From contig CM106585.1 in NCBI GenBank assembly GCA_048013815.1, positions 13,206,001-13,270,000 of the forward strand: 64,000 nucleotides of DNA. Reading direction: 5' to 3'. Both the position numbers and the translations under genes were made by a program. The notes beneath the pieces were generated by a model, which worked only from the letters and a program-made list of their open reading frames with translations, did not search any database and was not told where the DNA came from. This document shows, piece by piece, positions 35,101-48,000 of this stretch; the stretch's first letter is position 1; each line of letters begins with the position of its first letter. Source of the stretch: Setoptus koraiensis (Eukaryota; Animalia; Arthropoda).

Positions 35101-37900
35101 TGTCGCGACTCGCAAAGGCACCGACAAACCGCCAGCGATCGGCCGGCTCATTGGAATGCGTAGCGAGCGACAAACCAACGCGCCAACCAACGCGCCAACC
35201 AACGCGCCGGCCACAACTGGCTCCAGTCGCCACCGAATGCGCTGCTCCCGGCCGATCTCGGGCCGGTGGCGCTCGGCGGCGCTCGGTTGCGGGCCGTGGG
35301 CCGGCCGTGCGCGGACCCGAGCGGTCCTGAGCGGCACAACTTGTGCGGCTCAAGTGGCTCAAGTGGCTCAAGTGGCCGAAATCGGAGGTGGCCGCGAAAT
35401 TGGGCAATTGCGTTGGCCAATCGTGTGTGTCTAAAACTAATATCCACAAACTAAATATCAACAGGCGACGGCACACGGGACAGGTGAGCACTTGTTGCGC
35501 TCACCTGTCGCGTTGTTGCCGTTGTCGCGCTCACCTGTCGCTGCAATCAGTGCGCTCGATGTCGGCCTGGCCCATTGTCCTGCAGTGCGCTGCCTCGCGA
35601 TGTTTGCATTGTCGGCGGTCAGTGGGCCGGTTGTTGCGCAACAGCTCTCGCTGTTGCGTAACATTGCAATGCATCACAAACAAACAAACAAACAAAGCAG
35701 CTAAAACAAGCGGCCGCCCGAACAAAGACCGACCAGCGATGCACGCACAATGACAACGACTAATTAAGCCGATCCTAATTACCTGGCTGGCCGTCGCCAA
35801 GTGTCGGCCAGTTACCTTGTGAGCGCCCGCTGACATGCCGACAGTCGGTGGCCGTCGGTGGCGCCACAGTCAAGTGTGTCAGCGCCGACTGGCCAACAGT
35901 GCCGACAATGTGACAATTGCTGCCAGCGCTTGTTCATCAACTCGGCATAATAAACACAAACAAGTGCAATAGTTGCGTAACAAGCCCGCCTGGCCAGATA
36001 TTGTCGAGGTCAGCTGTGCGATGCATCGACTTGGTCCAATGTCGCCACAGACACACGCGCCTCACACTGTCAACTGCGACCGTCTCAGCTGACAGTCCGG
36101 CGACATCTGACAGTGCGACCAGCTGATAGTCCGGCGACATCTGACAGTGCGATCAGCTGACAGTGCGACCAGCTGACAGTCGCCGTCTGACGGATTGTGA
36201 CGTCTCCTGCGACTCACACACAAGCGCTGTGAGTCGCTCCATTTTCGCATTATTCCATTTTGACAATGCCGCCGCCGGGCCGCAAACAATGCCACCATAT
36301 ATACATTTCGCCGCATATACCGTGCATTGCGACACATACATTTTGGCAAGACTTGCCGCCGGTTGGTTGCGCAAGATTGCGCGACACATTTTGTTGTGAC
36401 ATTTTGTGTGACATTGGCCCACTTGGCCACTTCACATGGCCAATTTGCTGTCCATTGCGGTCAGTTGGCGCCCTCCTCGGCTCTGTCGGGCCGCGGGCCG
36501 GCGCCCCCTTTGACTGGGCAGTCGAGCGGGCCTCGAGTTGCCAGCGGCCCCACCGAGCGCCGGCCCGAATCAGACCGAGCGGTGGCCCGACTCAAATCAG
36601 ATCGGCCGGCGGCGCGCCCACCTGGCAGCGCGTGCTCGGGTCGGCCGGCGCGGGCGACATTCCTGGCTTTTGTGTCACCTTGTTCAATGTCACGCCGGCC
36701 ATTTGGTGGCCGCAGCGGCGGGTCGCAGTTGGCCGGCGTGCAGTTTGTTCACCTCGGCCATTAATTATTTATATGTCATGTCAGGCCGTGTGGCGATATG
36801 CGCCGAGTGGCCATTGGCAAGCCATTGGCGATCCATTGAGAAGCCGTCGAGAAGCCGTCGAGAAGCCGACTGCGCGTCGTGTCGGCGCAGTTCAGTCGCC
36901 ATTAGACTCTAATCACAGTGTAATGGCCGCTGTCAATCACTGGAGCGCTACCTGTCGGCCGAGCCCATGGCGAGAAAGTGACACCGATCGCTCGAACAGT
37001 GTCGCCGGGGCCCGTTCCGATGGCCGATGAGCGAGCCATTCGGACCATGAGCGAGCCATTCGGACGAGTCGTTCGAAATGGCTCACTTGAAACGACTCGT
37101 TCGAAACGACTCATTCCAAGTGACGGGTCGCGATCTGGCCGCTCGCTCAGGGGTCATCCGCGGTGCGCGCGGCCAGCCCGAAGGCGCCCAGGGTGACATA
37201 TGGACACAAACAAAAAGCCGTCTTGTGGCGCGCCGATAAGCCTGCGAAAAGTCGACACGCCGAGACGAGCCAGTCGCTCGCTCGATTATCTCGTTTCGCT
37301 CGGAGCGAGCGCGGCTCGGCTCGAATAAGGCGCGGATCGGGCTCGAACAAGGCGAGAATCGGGCTCGGATCGGCTCAGATTAGACTAGATTAGGCCGGCG
37401 CGGCGCACACTGCGCGGCCGCAAGTAGTTCACCCGATCGGCGGCTCGATCGCGAATGCGAATCATGCCGAGATGTGAACTACTTGGCCGGTTATTATGTG
37501 GCGACAAGTGTCAGCGCAAATAGTTGTCGCTCTTGTTTTTTATTGAATAATATTAATCTCGCAGCCCGACGCTCGCAGCCCGCAGCCCGACGCTCGCAGC
37601 CCGAAGCCCGAAGCCCGCAGCTCGGAGAAGCGCCAACAGGCCGAAAGAGAAGCGCCGAGGTTATTCACCACGGCGGCTATTTGTCGCCGCAATTGCGCAC
37701 TTGTCGCGAATCGCCACATCCATTCGGCATTTCGACTGACCATTTATTTGCACATCTCCCCACGACCATTCGTCTCGTTCGAGTCGCCGTGGCTCGCCAC
37801 TGGCACCAACGGCAAAGTCGCCGCTGGACGACATTGCGGGCGAAAGTTTGTTCGCGCAACTATGATCAATTATCGTCCGCTGTCCGGCTCGTTGGCCAGC

Positions 37901-37998
37901 CTCTCAATTTTCGGCTCTCGGCTCTCAATTTTCGGCTCTCGGCTCTCAATTTTCGGCTCTCGGCTCTCAATTTTCGGCTCTCAGCTCTCAATTTTCCG
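37901..37998. repeat. 21-bp tandem repeat (CTCTCAATTTTCGGCTCTCGG) x4 plus a degenerate copy
   Basis: Read directly. Confidence 0.9.
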
Positions 37999-40900
37999 CT
38001 CGCAACTCTCAATTTCAATTCTCAATTTTCAATCATCCGGCGCGGTCGGCATTGTGGCAGCTTGCGAGCGGCTTGTGGGCAGCTCAACGACCAAAAGAGA
38101 GCCGATTAGGCGAATCTTGACAAGTCCTTCGAATGTCGCCCAACAGCACAACATTAATTAATGCTATTAGTGTTGGCGCTCAGCTGGATAATGCGAGCGC
38201 GCATAATCCGGCCAGTGACGCAAATAGACGACACAACAAGCCAACGACGACAGACAGATAGACAGCCGCGAATAGACGCCGAGCAAACACGGCAGCGCCG
38301 CTCCACGGCCGTGACCAGCACTTGAGCGCCGGTCGTTGCGTCGGCCGGTCGGTGCGTCGGCCGGTCGGGCCGATTAGCGGCTCGCTCGACAGGCCTAATT
38401 CACCAATCTGTAAAGTACACATGTCGTCTGGCCGTGCCCCAAGCCGCCCGAGTGTCGGGCGGCCAGAAATAGGCCTGACGACGACAGGCCCGCGTCTGGC
38501 CAGATTATCCCTCAATCTGGCAGCATTAATGCTGGCAGATTGAGCAATAATTGCGTCACACACACAACAACTGTAACAGTTGTTTGTGGCGTCACAGTTG
38601 GCGAGACGCCGAACGAAACCAGATTGGGATTGCGCAATTACGGCCGACGAATTGAATTACAGGTGAATTGTTAGGCAGAAGGAAAATATGTTATTAATTT
38701 GCGCTGGCACAGAGTTGGCCGGTTGCGTGCAACTGTGCCACTGGCCGGCCGGCCGGCGTACCCGCGAATCACACAATTCATAAAGCTCATCGTTTGGGCT
38801 CATTTCGGCTCTTTGAATTAAAATCAATTACGCTCGTTGTTGATTTGGGCTCGCTTTGCAGCCAATTGCAGCGGTCAGCGGCGACCGGCCGCTTGCGTGC
38901 CGATTGACTGGCACAAAAGCAGCGCTGAAGTGCGAGCGGCGCAAGCGCTTTTCCGGCTCGGGCAACCTGTGCACCGCTGGCCGGCCGGCAGGCGCCAACA
39001 CCGACCGACATAGCGGCCTACGGTGAACCGAGTGACCGCTTGCGCCACTCGATACCAACAGCTCACATGTCATCATCATATAGAGGTGAGGGCTCGCCGG
39101 CATATCCGCGAGCGCATGAGTGTCGCCGCAATGGCAAATTGAGTGCCGGCGATTATTCGCCGTCGTCCGTCTGGTCGGGCGGGTTGCGTTGCTGATTGGC
39201 GCCCGACCGGGTTGTGTGGCGCTGTCGCCGGTGGCTCGCTGGCAATCGGACACCGATCGCATGCAACCATGATGCGGATAATGTGAGTTCATCGCTCATG
39301 TCGGGCGCATATTTCGAGCGGCCGACATGAGCCAGTTCCTCAAATGTCGCCGGCAACAGCTGACGGCGCCAACTGTCATCATCAGCTGTCGGCAGCAGCT
39401 GTCATCATCAGCTGACGGCGCCAACTGTAATCATCAGCTGACGGCATCAGCTGACGGCAAACGATCGTCGTCGGCGGCCAACTAGATGGGCCGAATTAGA
39501 TCAGATTGACTGGACAGTCGGCCGGTTTGTTTGCGCGCACGCCACACAAATCACGCCGGCGAGTCGCCGCCAAAATGCTTAAAATGCTTAAATTACTCAA
39601 TTCGCTCACTCAGTCGCTCAGTCGGTCGCTCATGGGGCTCATTCAAAGAGCCATACATTATGTATTACATGTCACTGTAGCCGCTGTATTATGTAACAAC
39701 AGTTACACAAGTACAGTTGCATAACTGCACTTATACAGTGTTGACTATGTTACGTAACTGTGGCCACACAGGTGAGCTGTGCAGCAGTCCAGTATCGCAC
39801 GCCAGCCATCGCGCGATATCGGGCCAGCGATCTACTTTTGGCTGGGGGCCAGCACAGTGCTCGCTTGTTGCGCCCGGTGGCCGGCAATTGTCGCTATTGA
39901 CATGCGGCCAACACGCCAGAGCTGATTGTCATTAGCTGGCTAACTGACAATCGCTCTGCGGAATCAAAATGAATGAGCGCAAATCAGCCGAGCACGCCAG
40001 TAATGAGCCAGCTGATAAACAATCTTGACAGATATTGTGTTGACAGATAATACTGACAGATGATGCTGATGGATGCTGACGGATGCTGTAATGTTTGCAT
40101 TCGTGCGCTGGCCACCGGCCGTCGCCTGAGCCGGCCTGATAATGATGATAATTGAGAGCACTCTCAATTATCGGCGACTCGGCGCATTGTTGCGCAATCG
40201 CTGGCACCGGCAGCCCCATTGTGCCACACGACGTACGAGTGGTGGCTGCAAGCGACAAGCGCAACAATGTGCCGTTATGCAATCCGCCGTAGTTATGTAA
40301 CTGGCGTCGCTTGCCGATTGCGCCTCATGTGACTTACGTAACTGTCGCCTATGTGGCTGTCGAGCTGCAAGATCAACATCACGCCATCACAGCCAATTTG
40401 CGACCAACAATCTTGATTTGCGACCAACAATCTTCATTTGCGATTGACAGTCTCGATTCGAGACTCCCGATTTGCGAGCCAGCAAGCGGCGAGTAATTAT
40501 CGGTTGCGCACTGCAAACTTTAATGAGAAATTTAATGGGCTGCATGAAGCGCAAAAGTGTTCGGGCAGCGGCGTCTTGCGCCACTTTCAGGGGCCACTTT
40601 TCGGTCGTTGTGCGCGTCTTGGCTCACAATTTGTGAGTCACAAAGCTTGTCAAAGCTCTTGAGCGGTGCCTTTTCTGGATGCGCCCAGCTCACCTGTGCG
40701 TGGCACAGAAAGAAAAGTGAGCGAACAGCCAGAGAAAAGCGGTGCGCTCGTCGGCCGTTTGGCCGAATTCGGATAAATCTGGATAAATGATGCAGCCGAG
40801 CAGGCAAAGTACAAAGTATATATTTGGCGAGCAGCGTGTGCGATCCGTTTGACGCCGTCGCATGCTGTCCATCTGTGGCCTGGCCGTCGCTGGCAAGCCG

Positions 40901-43900
40901 ATGCTGGCGAGCCGACTGGACAGGGCGATATCAGCGCACTAGTTAACTTGCAATTAGCGCAACTTATCGGCCCGCTGAGTGTATTTGTGATGGCGGCTGC
41001 CGAGGCTTCGCTCGCAGCGTTGGCTTCGGCTGCAGCGTTGGCTTCGCAGGCAACGCTGGCTTCGAACGGACAGGTGAGACAAAGCAAACAATCGCAACTC
41101 GTTCGCCATTGCAGCTTCATCAAGTTTACTGTTGCAACTTGATGAAATTGCGCAATCGCAGCCAGATTGTGCCAGATCATGTTGCTTGTGTGGCGGCCAT
41201 TTAGTGGCCCGTTACTTGTTGCGGCCGGCGCTCACACTTGTAATAGGCACTTGTTATGTATACTTGCTATGTACACTTGTTATGTAAGAGCGGCCTGGCA
41301 TGTTTGTGCCAGGCCGTTTGACACACAGCCAGCCGATGTCAGCTGATAGAGGGCCGTTTGACACAGGGCCAGCTGATACTAGCTGATTGAGAGCCGTCTG
41401 ACAGCGAGCCGCTGCACAGCGCAACACAGAGCCGCTGCACAGCGCAACAGCGAGCCGCTCGATGGAGGGGTCAAGCCGCACTTGATGATTGACCACTCGA
41501 TTCACCTGTCGCAGCCTGTCCAGTGTGTGGTCAGTATATATACGTATGTATTACGTAACCAGTTATATAATATACAAACAGTTATACATGATATATAAAC
41601 AGTTATATATGTAGTGTATAACTGGCTGATATAGCTGGCCGCTCACTGGCAAGTTGTCAGTGGGCAGCGTCATTAGAGCGAGCGACATAAATAGCCGTCT
41701 AATTATATTCTCTCTCTTAACATGTGTATTATCTAGACAAACGCTCTCTGTGACATGGACTCTATGTACTCGCTCTATGTATACACTGTCCGTACGGGCG
41801 AGCTCCGCGTCGACGCAACGCTGCCCATCTCCGGCTCGATCTCTTCCTGTCTCGTTTGTCGCAATCGAGCGCCCTCTGTCACTGTCCGCGCTCCGTCTCT
41901 GTCCGGCAGCCTTATCGCGGTGCACCCGTCACACGGGCCTGAGAGCGGGCTGTTGGCCACTTGCGCCAACTTGCGCCCGCTTGCGCCAACTTGCACTGAC
42001 TTTCGCCAGTCTGGCCGCTGTCGCCGGTCTCGCCAGTGTCGCCGGTCTCGCCAGTGCCGCCAGTTCGGACCGGCAGCGGTGAGCCCGCTCGCGAGCCAAA
42101 TCCGACGGGACAGACCCGGCCAGACCGACGGCGACCAGACCGACGGCGGCAGACCGACCACGGCGACCACAGACACTCGGCGGGAACATTGACGAGCCCT
42201 CGCGAGCAGTGCCAATCGCGCAGTGTCCCGTTTCGTCAACGGGCAGCCTCCGAAATCAACACCGTTTGGCCGGCTCGCCTAATGGCCTGGCCAAACGGTG
42301 GCCGGCCGGCATCGCTTCGAGCGACGCCGGCGCCGCACGATCTCGCAACAGATCATTACAAAACATTACATAATGTATGACGTACGTCTAGACGTTACGT
42401 AATGCGTCCGCCGACGCAAACGAGCGCGCCATTGAGCCGCATTATGCCATTATGACGCAACTGGAGCGCCACCCGGGAGCCAGCTACCTGCGCGCTACTC
42501 GCGAGCTGCCCGACAGCCACCTGACAGCTACCTGACGGAGAGAGCATGAACGAGAGCTACCCGACGGAGCGGGAATACGAATGAGAGCGGGATGGACAAA
42601 TATAGAGATATGATAATCGCCAGTGATGACTCAATTCGGATTATGCAAGCAAACGGTCGCCCATTTGCCACTATTTGCTTTCTCTTGCGCCCTCGCTCTC
42701 ACTGGTCGCTGTTGGCCGGCCCAAGCAGCGGTTGGCCGGCTCAGACCAGCGGTTGGCCGCTGTCGGCGGCTAGGCGAGGCCTTGGCAAGCTCTGCGCGGC
42801 TGCAGCGAGCTCGCCAACGGCCGGCCAGAGCTTGCCGACAGTGGCCGACAGAGTGCGGCGAGTCGGGCTCAACGGCGGCGCCGGCAACAAGTGGCGACGA
42901 GCGTCGGTTAACCGTCGGGTGGTGACGCCGATGGCGCCGTTCAGCGCCGTTAATCGTCGCGCCGTCAGTTAACGCGACGCATGAGGCAACAAGGCGCCAG
43001 TCGCTTGTGAGTCGCAATTGGCGAGATCATCAGTCAGTCAACTGACCATTGTAATTACTCGGCGCATAATGATGAACTCACACACACACTCTAACCGCTC
43101 GTCTGTCATTTGTAATCGATAGCGGCCGGCAGCCGACGAGCCGCTGCGGGCTACGCTCGCCGGCCCGCAACGGCTCATGCGAATAAATGAATCTATTTAT
43201 TTGCTCACTGCATCGTCGACACATTGCGACACCAAATGTTACCTTTCCAATATTCGATAAAATGTGCATTGCCGATTGTGACGATTGGTCAGTTCGGCCA
43301 GTCGCTATTTAGCGCAATTTCGCACAGTTGGTAGTCAATCGTTGGCCGATTGCGCCAGTTTGCGCCAGTTTGCGCCAGTTGTCAGTCGGCTGACAAGTGA
43401 GCGGCCGACCGGCTGACAAGTGAGCGGCCGACCGGCTGGCAAGTGTCAACAGGGCCCATGATCGACAGCTGATCTGATTGGGGCCGATTCGCCGGCCGTC
43501 GGGCCGGCCATGATCAAGTTGCCGACAATGTGGCGACAGTGTCAGACGCGCTAATGCGCTAATTGGCTAATTCGCTAATTAGAGACGCATGCTGAGCACC
43601 AAGTTCAAACTGAGTTTAATTTGAGCGAGGTTGCGTAATGGTCGGGTGGCATGCAAATGATCGGTGGTTGTTTGTTGTTTCGGCTGAACAACGGCAACAG
43701 CAGCGACAGCAGCAGCCACAACAGCTACAACAACAGTCATCAGAGTTGGCTGCTGCGGCGAAATTGATGATGCTCGGCCGCGACCCCAAAAACAACACAC
43801 AACAACAAACAACAACAACAGCAGACAACGACAAACAGCAACAACCAGCAACAACAAACAACAACAACAAACAACAATCGCGATAGCGATAGGGCGAGCG

Positions 43901-44522
43901 TCTCAGGTAATGCGAGACTGTTACGCAATTGCGACGGGCACGAGGTGCAGTCGCAACGGTTGCGTAACAGTCTGCTGCAATTGTCTGCTGTCTAACAGCC
44001 AGTTGTCTGCTGATATTTGGTACAGTGTGTGAGCTGATGTCACGCGATAAACAAATGATTGCGCAATGATCAACATTGTGTGTCAAACGATATCTCATGC
44101 ACCGGCTAACCTTGCCCGCTTTGCGCACACATTATGTACCTGTCACGTTATGTACATTTATCTGCATACTATGCACATAATGCAGTGCATAGCCTGTTTA
44201 ACCTGGCAAGCTAATAACGTTGCGTAATACATTACGTAATAATACAATGCGCATAACTGCGCGTATCACTGTAACAGTGTGCTAAAAACGCTGTTTGGGC
44301 GGCACTGCCATCATTGTGTGTATTATTAGTGTGTGTGTGATTATGTGATACTATTATGTGATATTATTATGTAATGTTATTATGTAATAAGAGACACCCA
44401 GTGGTTAATTACAACAATTTGTGTGTGTTCTAGCGGCGCTGTAGCTTGCAAATTGCGCCGCAAGACCGTTCCAATAGTGTCCGTACAACAACTTGTTGCA
44501 ACAGCGCTATTGGAACAAGCAA

Positions 44523-44571
<49 letters not shown>

Positions 44572-44996
44572 GACACGCCAAGACGGCCCGCTAAAAATAG
44601 AGCGGCAAGGCCGGCCGTTGTTTTATTGGACCTGGCCGGCATGGCGACCGCGCTGACCAGCGTCGGTCAACTGCGTTCGGGTGAGCATGAGCCGAGTCAC
44701 ACGAGATTTTATTTGATTTTCGTGCCCGCCTGAGAGTCCCATTTTGAGAGTCTCGCTTCGCGAGTCTCGGTCCGCGAGTCTCGGTCTGAGAGTCTCAGTC
44801 TGAGAGTCGGGCGGTTCGGGCTGCTCGCTCGCCGCCCGCCGCCCGCCGCCCGTGTCCGCACCTTGGATACCTCGGGACGCCCTGGCTGTGTCTTCATGCG
44901 GGCTCGTTGCGTCGGCCCGACCTATCTCGCGGATAAATAAATAGTGTCTATGGATGTTGTTGGCACGGCAACTTGATCGCTTCATCGGACCACTTG

Positions 44997-45063
44997 ATCG
45001 CGCGGTCGGGCCGCCTCATCGCGCGGTCGGGCCGCTTCATCGCGCGGTCGGGCCGCCTCATCG
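44997..45063. repeat. 21-bp tandem repeat (ATCGCGCGGTCGGGCCGCYTC)x3
   Basis: Read directly. Confidence 0.9.
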
Positions 45064-48000
45064 TGCGGCCAATTTCATTAGCCGAGCTCGAATGGCGAAC
45101 CAGACACAATTGCGAGCCAGCGTTCGACTGTCCATTGTTAATTAATGACCGCCACTTTACAACTTTGACCCAACTTTGACACTTGCGTGGCCGCCGCTGC
45201 CGGCTGCCCTCTCTCTCTCTCTCTTTCTCGTTGAGATTGTCGGGATGCCGAGCTCGCCGGGCCGGCATATCATATGACCGCTGCTGAGCAGACATCGGGC
45301 ACCGGGATATCGTATGCGCATGATGCGATTGGCTATCGGGCGAGCCCGCAACCAACGCAATATCTGCATGTCGCGCACACGCCGTCAGGGTGCCAATGGC
45401 CACCGATGGGCGCCGATGCACAGATCATTTATCATGAATCGATAGGCAAGCTCGATAGGCACCGCCAAGTTGGCTGTGCGAGCTCGCCATAAGCCGGCGC
45501 AACTGTTGGCATAATCCGAGCCGGATAAACGTTGCACAGTTGTAAATAACCAATGCTAACAACTAACAATAACAGCGATGCATTTATCCGTCGGTTCGCT
45601 CTCGTAATTCGCTTGGTTGTTGGATTGAGCGGCGACACGCACATGGGGAATCATCCGCGATTGCGAGCATCAATCACTGAACTGAAACGGCAATAGCAAA
45701 TGAAATCGCTCGCTGAATTCGCCAACTGGAATCGCCGACTGAGATTGCCGGCTGAGATCGCCGGCTGAAATGGCCGCCGATCGCAACATTGTGATGCGCG
45801 CGATCAAAAGCTGGTGGGCGTCGACAGGGTTCATCGGCATATTTGTTTGTCTCTAGTGGCGTCCATTATTTTAGATATATTGTGGCATTGTCTCGGCGTA
45901 ACGAGCCTTTCGGAGGCTTTTGGGCTTTTCATGGGAGCTCCGTATCGGGCTTCGTTGCGAGCACTTCGGCCGCAGCTTCGAAATGCACAGCGCACAACCA
46001 AGTGCGGCCCATTTACAAGTTCACAGTTGCAAAATGAGCACACACAATTACTATGGTAGCTCAATTAATATATCAATACTATCGGTCATTATCGGCCGCA
46101 CTCAAACTGACCGCACTGGCACACATAATGGCGCACACACTGTGCGCTACACACATGTCATGTAATGGCACAAGCGAGCCTCACCTGTGCCCATGAACAA
46201 TGAACAGCTCACCTGTTGGCGCCGACAATAATGAGTGACCGATAATTATCCAGTGGTCAGTTGTTGGCGGCTACCAGCCAGCACTGTGCTAGCTAGTGTA
46301 TGTATCTATGAGTATATCTATGCAAGTATTATGCGCTGTCCATAAGGCGCTTACGTAATCGCTTACATAATCACACTTTCTTCTAGCATAATAGTGCAAT
46401 AACCTAAATGAGAATTGTTTTGTCTCTCTCTCTCTCCCTTCATCCCAACTCTGTTATCGCACACACGCTCTGGCACCTCAACGCACTCACGAACGTGTCC
46501 ACGAACCCCCGCCAATGACGCCAAAATAAAACGCGATAATAATTAAAAATCAAAAATAACACAAAACACACAGGTGAGTGATGTCAGGTTGCGATAGTCG
46601 ATGGTCGACGGTCGACAGTTGATGAAATAGTTGAGTCGACGGAACAGTTGATGGCCAACGCGATGGTCGATGGCCAACGGAATGGCCAAAGTGTGTCGAC
46701 TCCGAGAAGCGCTGTGTGAAAAGTAGCGCGAGATAAGTCGACGGGCGAGAGCTTTCAGCCAGGCGAGTTCAACACTCTCGCCGACCGAACACATTCGATT
46801 CGAATCGAAACGAAACGAACCGATTCGCAGCGATTCGAATCGATTCGAATGAGCGCCCATTCCAACAGGTAGATCACTCATGGCTTTGTCGCCATGGCAA
46901 CGGCTCGCGCACCCGACTATTTTTGTATTCAAATTCGCCTTCACTGGCCATGTTACCCGCTGGCTGCTGCTTGCCCGTTATGCTGGCCAACATGACGTAA
47001 CGTGTTATGTAATGCCACGCAACGCGACGTAACACTAAGCAATGTGACGTAACACTAAGCAATGTGACGTAATGCTGAGCAACGTAAAGTAAGCCAATGT
47101 AACCTACACTGACAATTGTGAATGTGACGTAATGTTGCCTAGTGAAATGTTATGCAACAACGCGCGCTTGACCAACTGGCAAATTACAATTGGCAAATTA
47201 CAACTACCAAATTACAGCCACTTCATTTGGCTACCGATCACTAACACTGGCCGCTGATCGCATGCACACTATTCATACGGTATGAATATTCACACAACGC
47301 ACATCAATGCCAATGGCACCACCATTGGCAGCAGCACATCAATCAATGCGTACTTGTCACCTGTCACGCGTTACCTGTTGCCCGTTACCTGTTATGACGC
47401 ACAATGCGACAACGTGCAACGAGAGCAACACCAACTGTGACACCCGCAACAATAACTGCAAAGCTGTTGTGTTGTGTGTGTCGCCCATTAATGGCCATAG
47501 CGGGCGCACGAGTCACAATGGGAGCACAACAACACGAGCGACAACAACACGAGCGACAACACTGTCAAAGTGAGTCAACACACAGTGTCAGACAGTGTTG
47601 GCTGTCACTGTCGGACAAAGCGGGCAACAGGTGAACGACAACAGCTGTTGTGTGTCAGTCGCTGTTGTTTGTCTGTACGTTGCATAATATGAAATAGTAT
47701 GAAATGATATGCAATGATATGCAACATGTTGCCATATCATCGATATTATGAGCTGCATATTTGCGTATTAATACACTTGTGTTAATATATTAATTATACA
47801 GCTCATAATGACAGCCGATCGATACAAACAAACAGATCGATACAAACAAACAGATCGATTGGCGTGCTGATGCGATCGATCTGTTCGCCTGTTTGGCTCT
47901 ATTTGGCCATGCCGACCTCCACCGACCCTTGCCCGTTATGGCCAGTGTGCGAGGGCCGTTACGTAACCCGTTACATACTCGTTACACTTTGCTGCTAATA

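Noticed and set aside
46795-46850. TTCGAA/CGAA-rich cluster as a heat-shock element
   Set aside because: The spacing is not nGAAnnTTCn; it is a local palindromic stutter.
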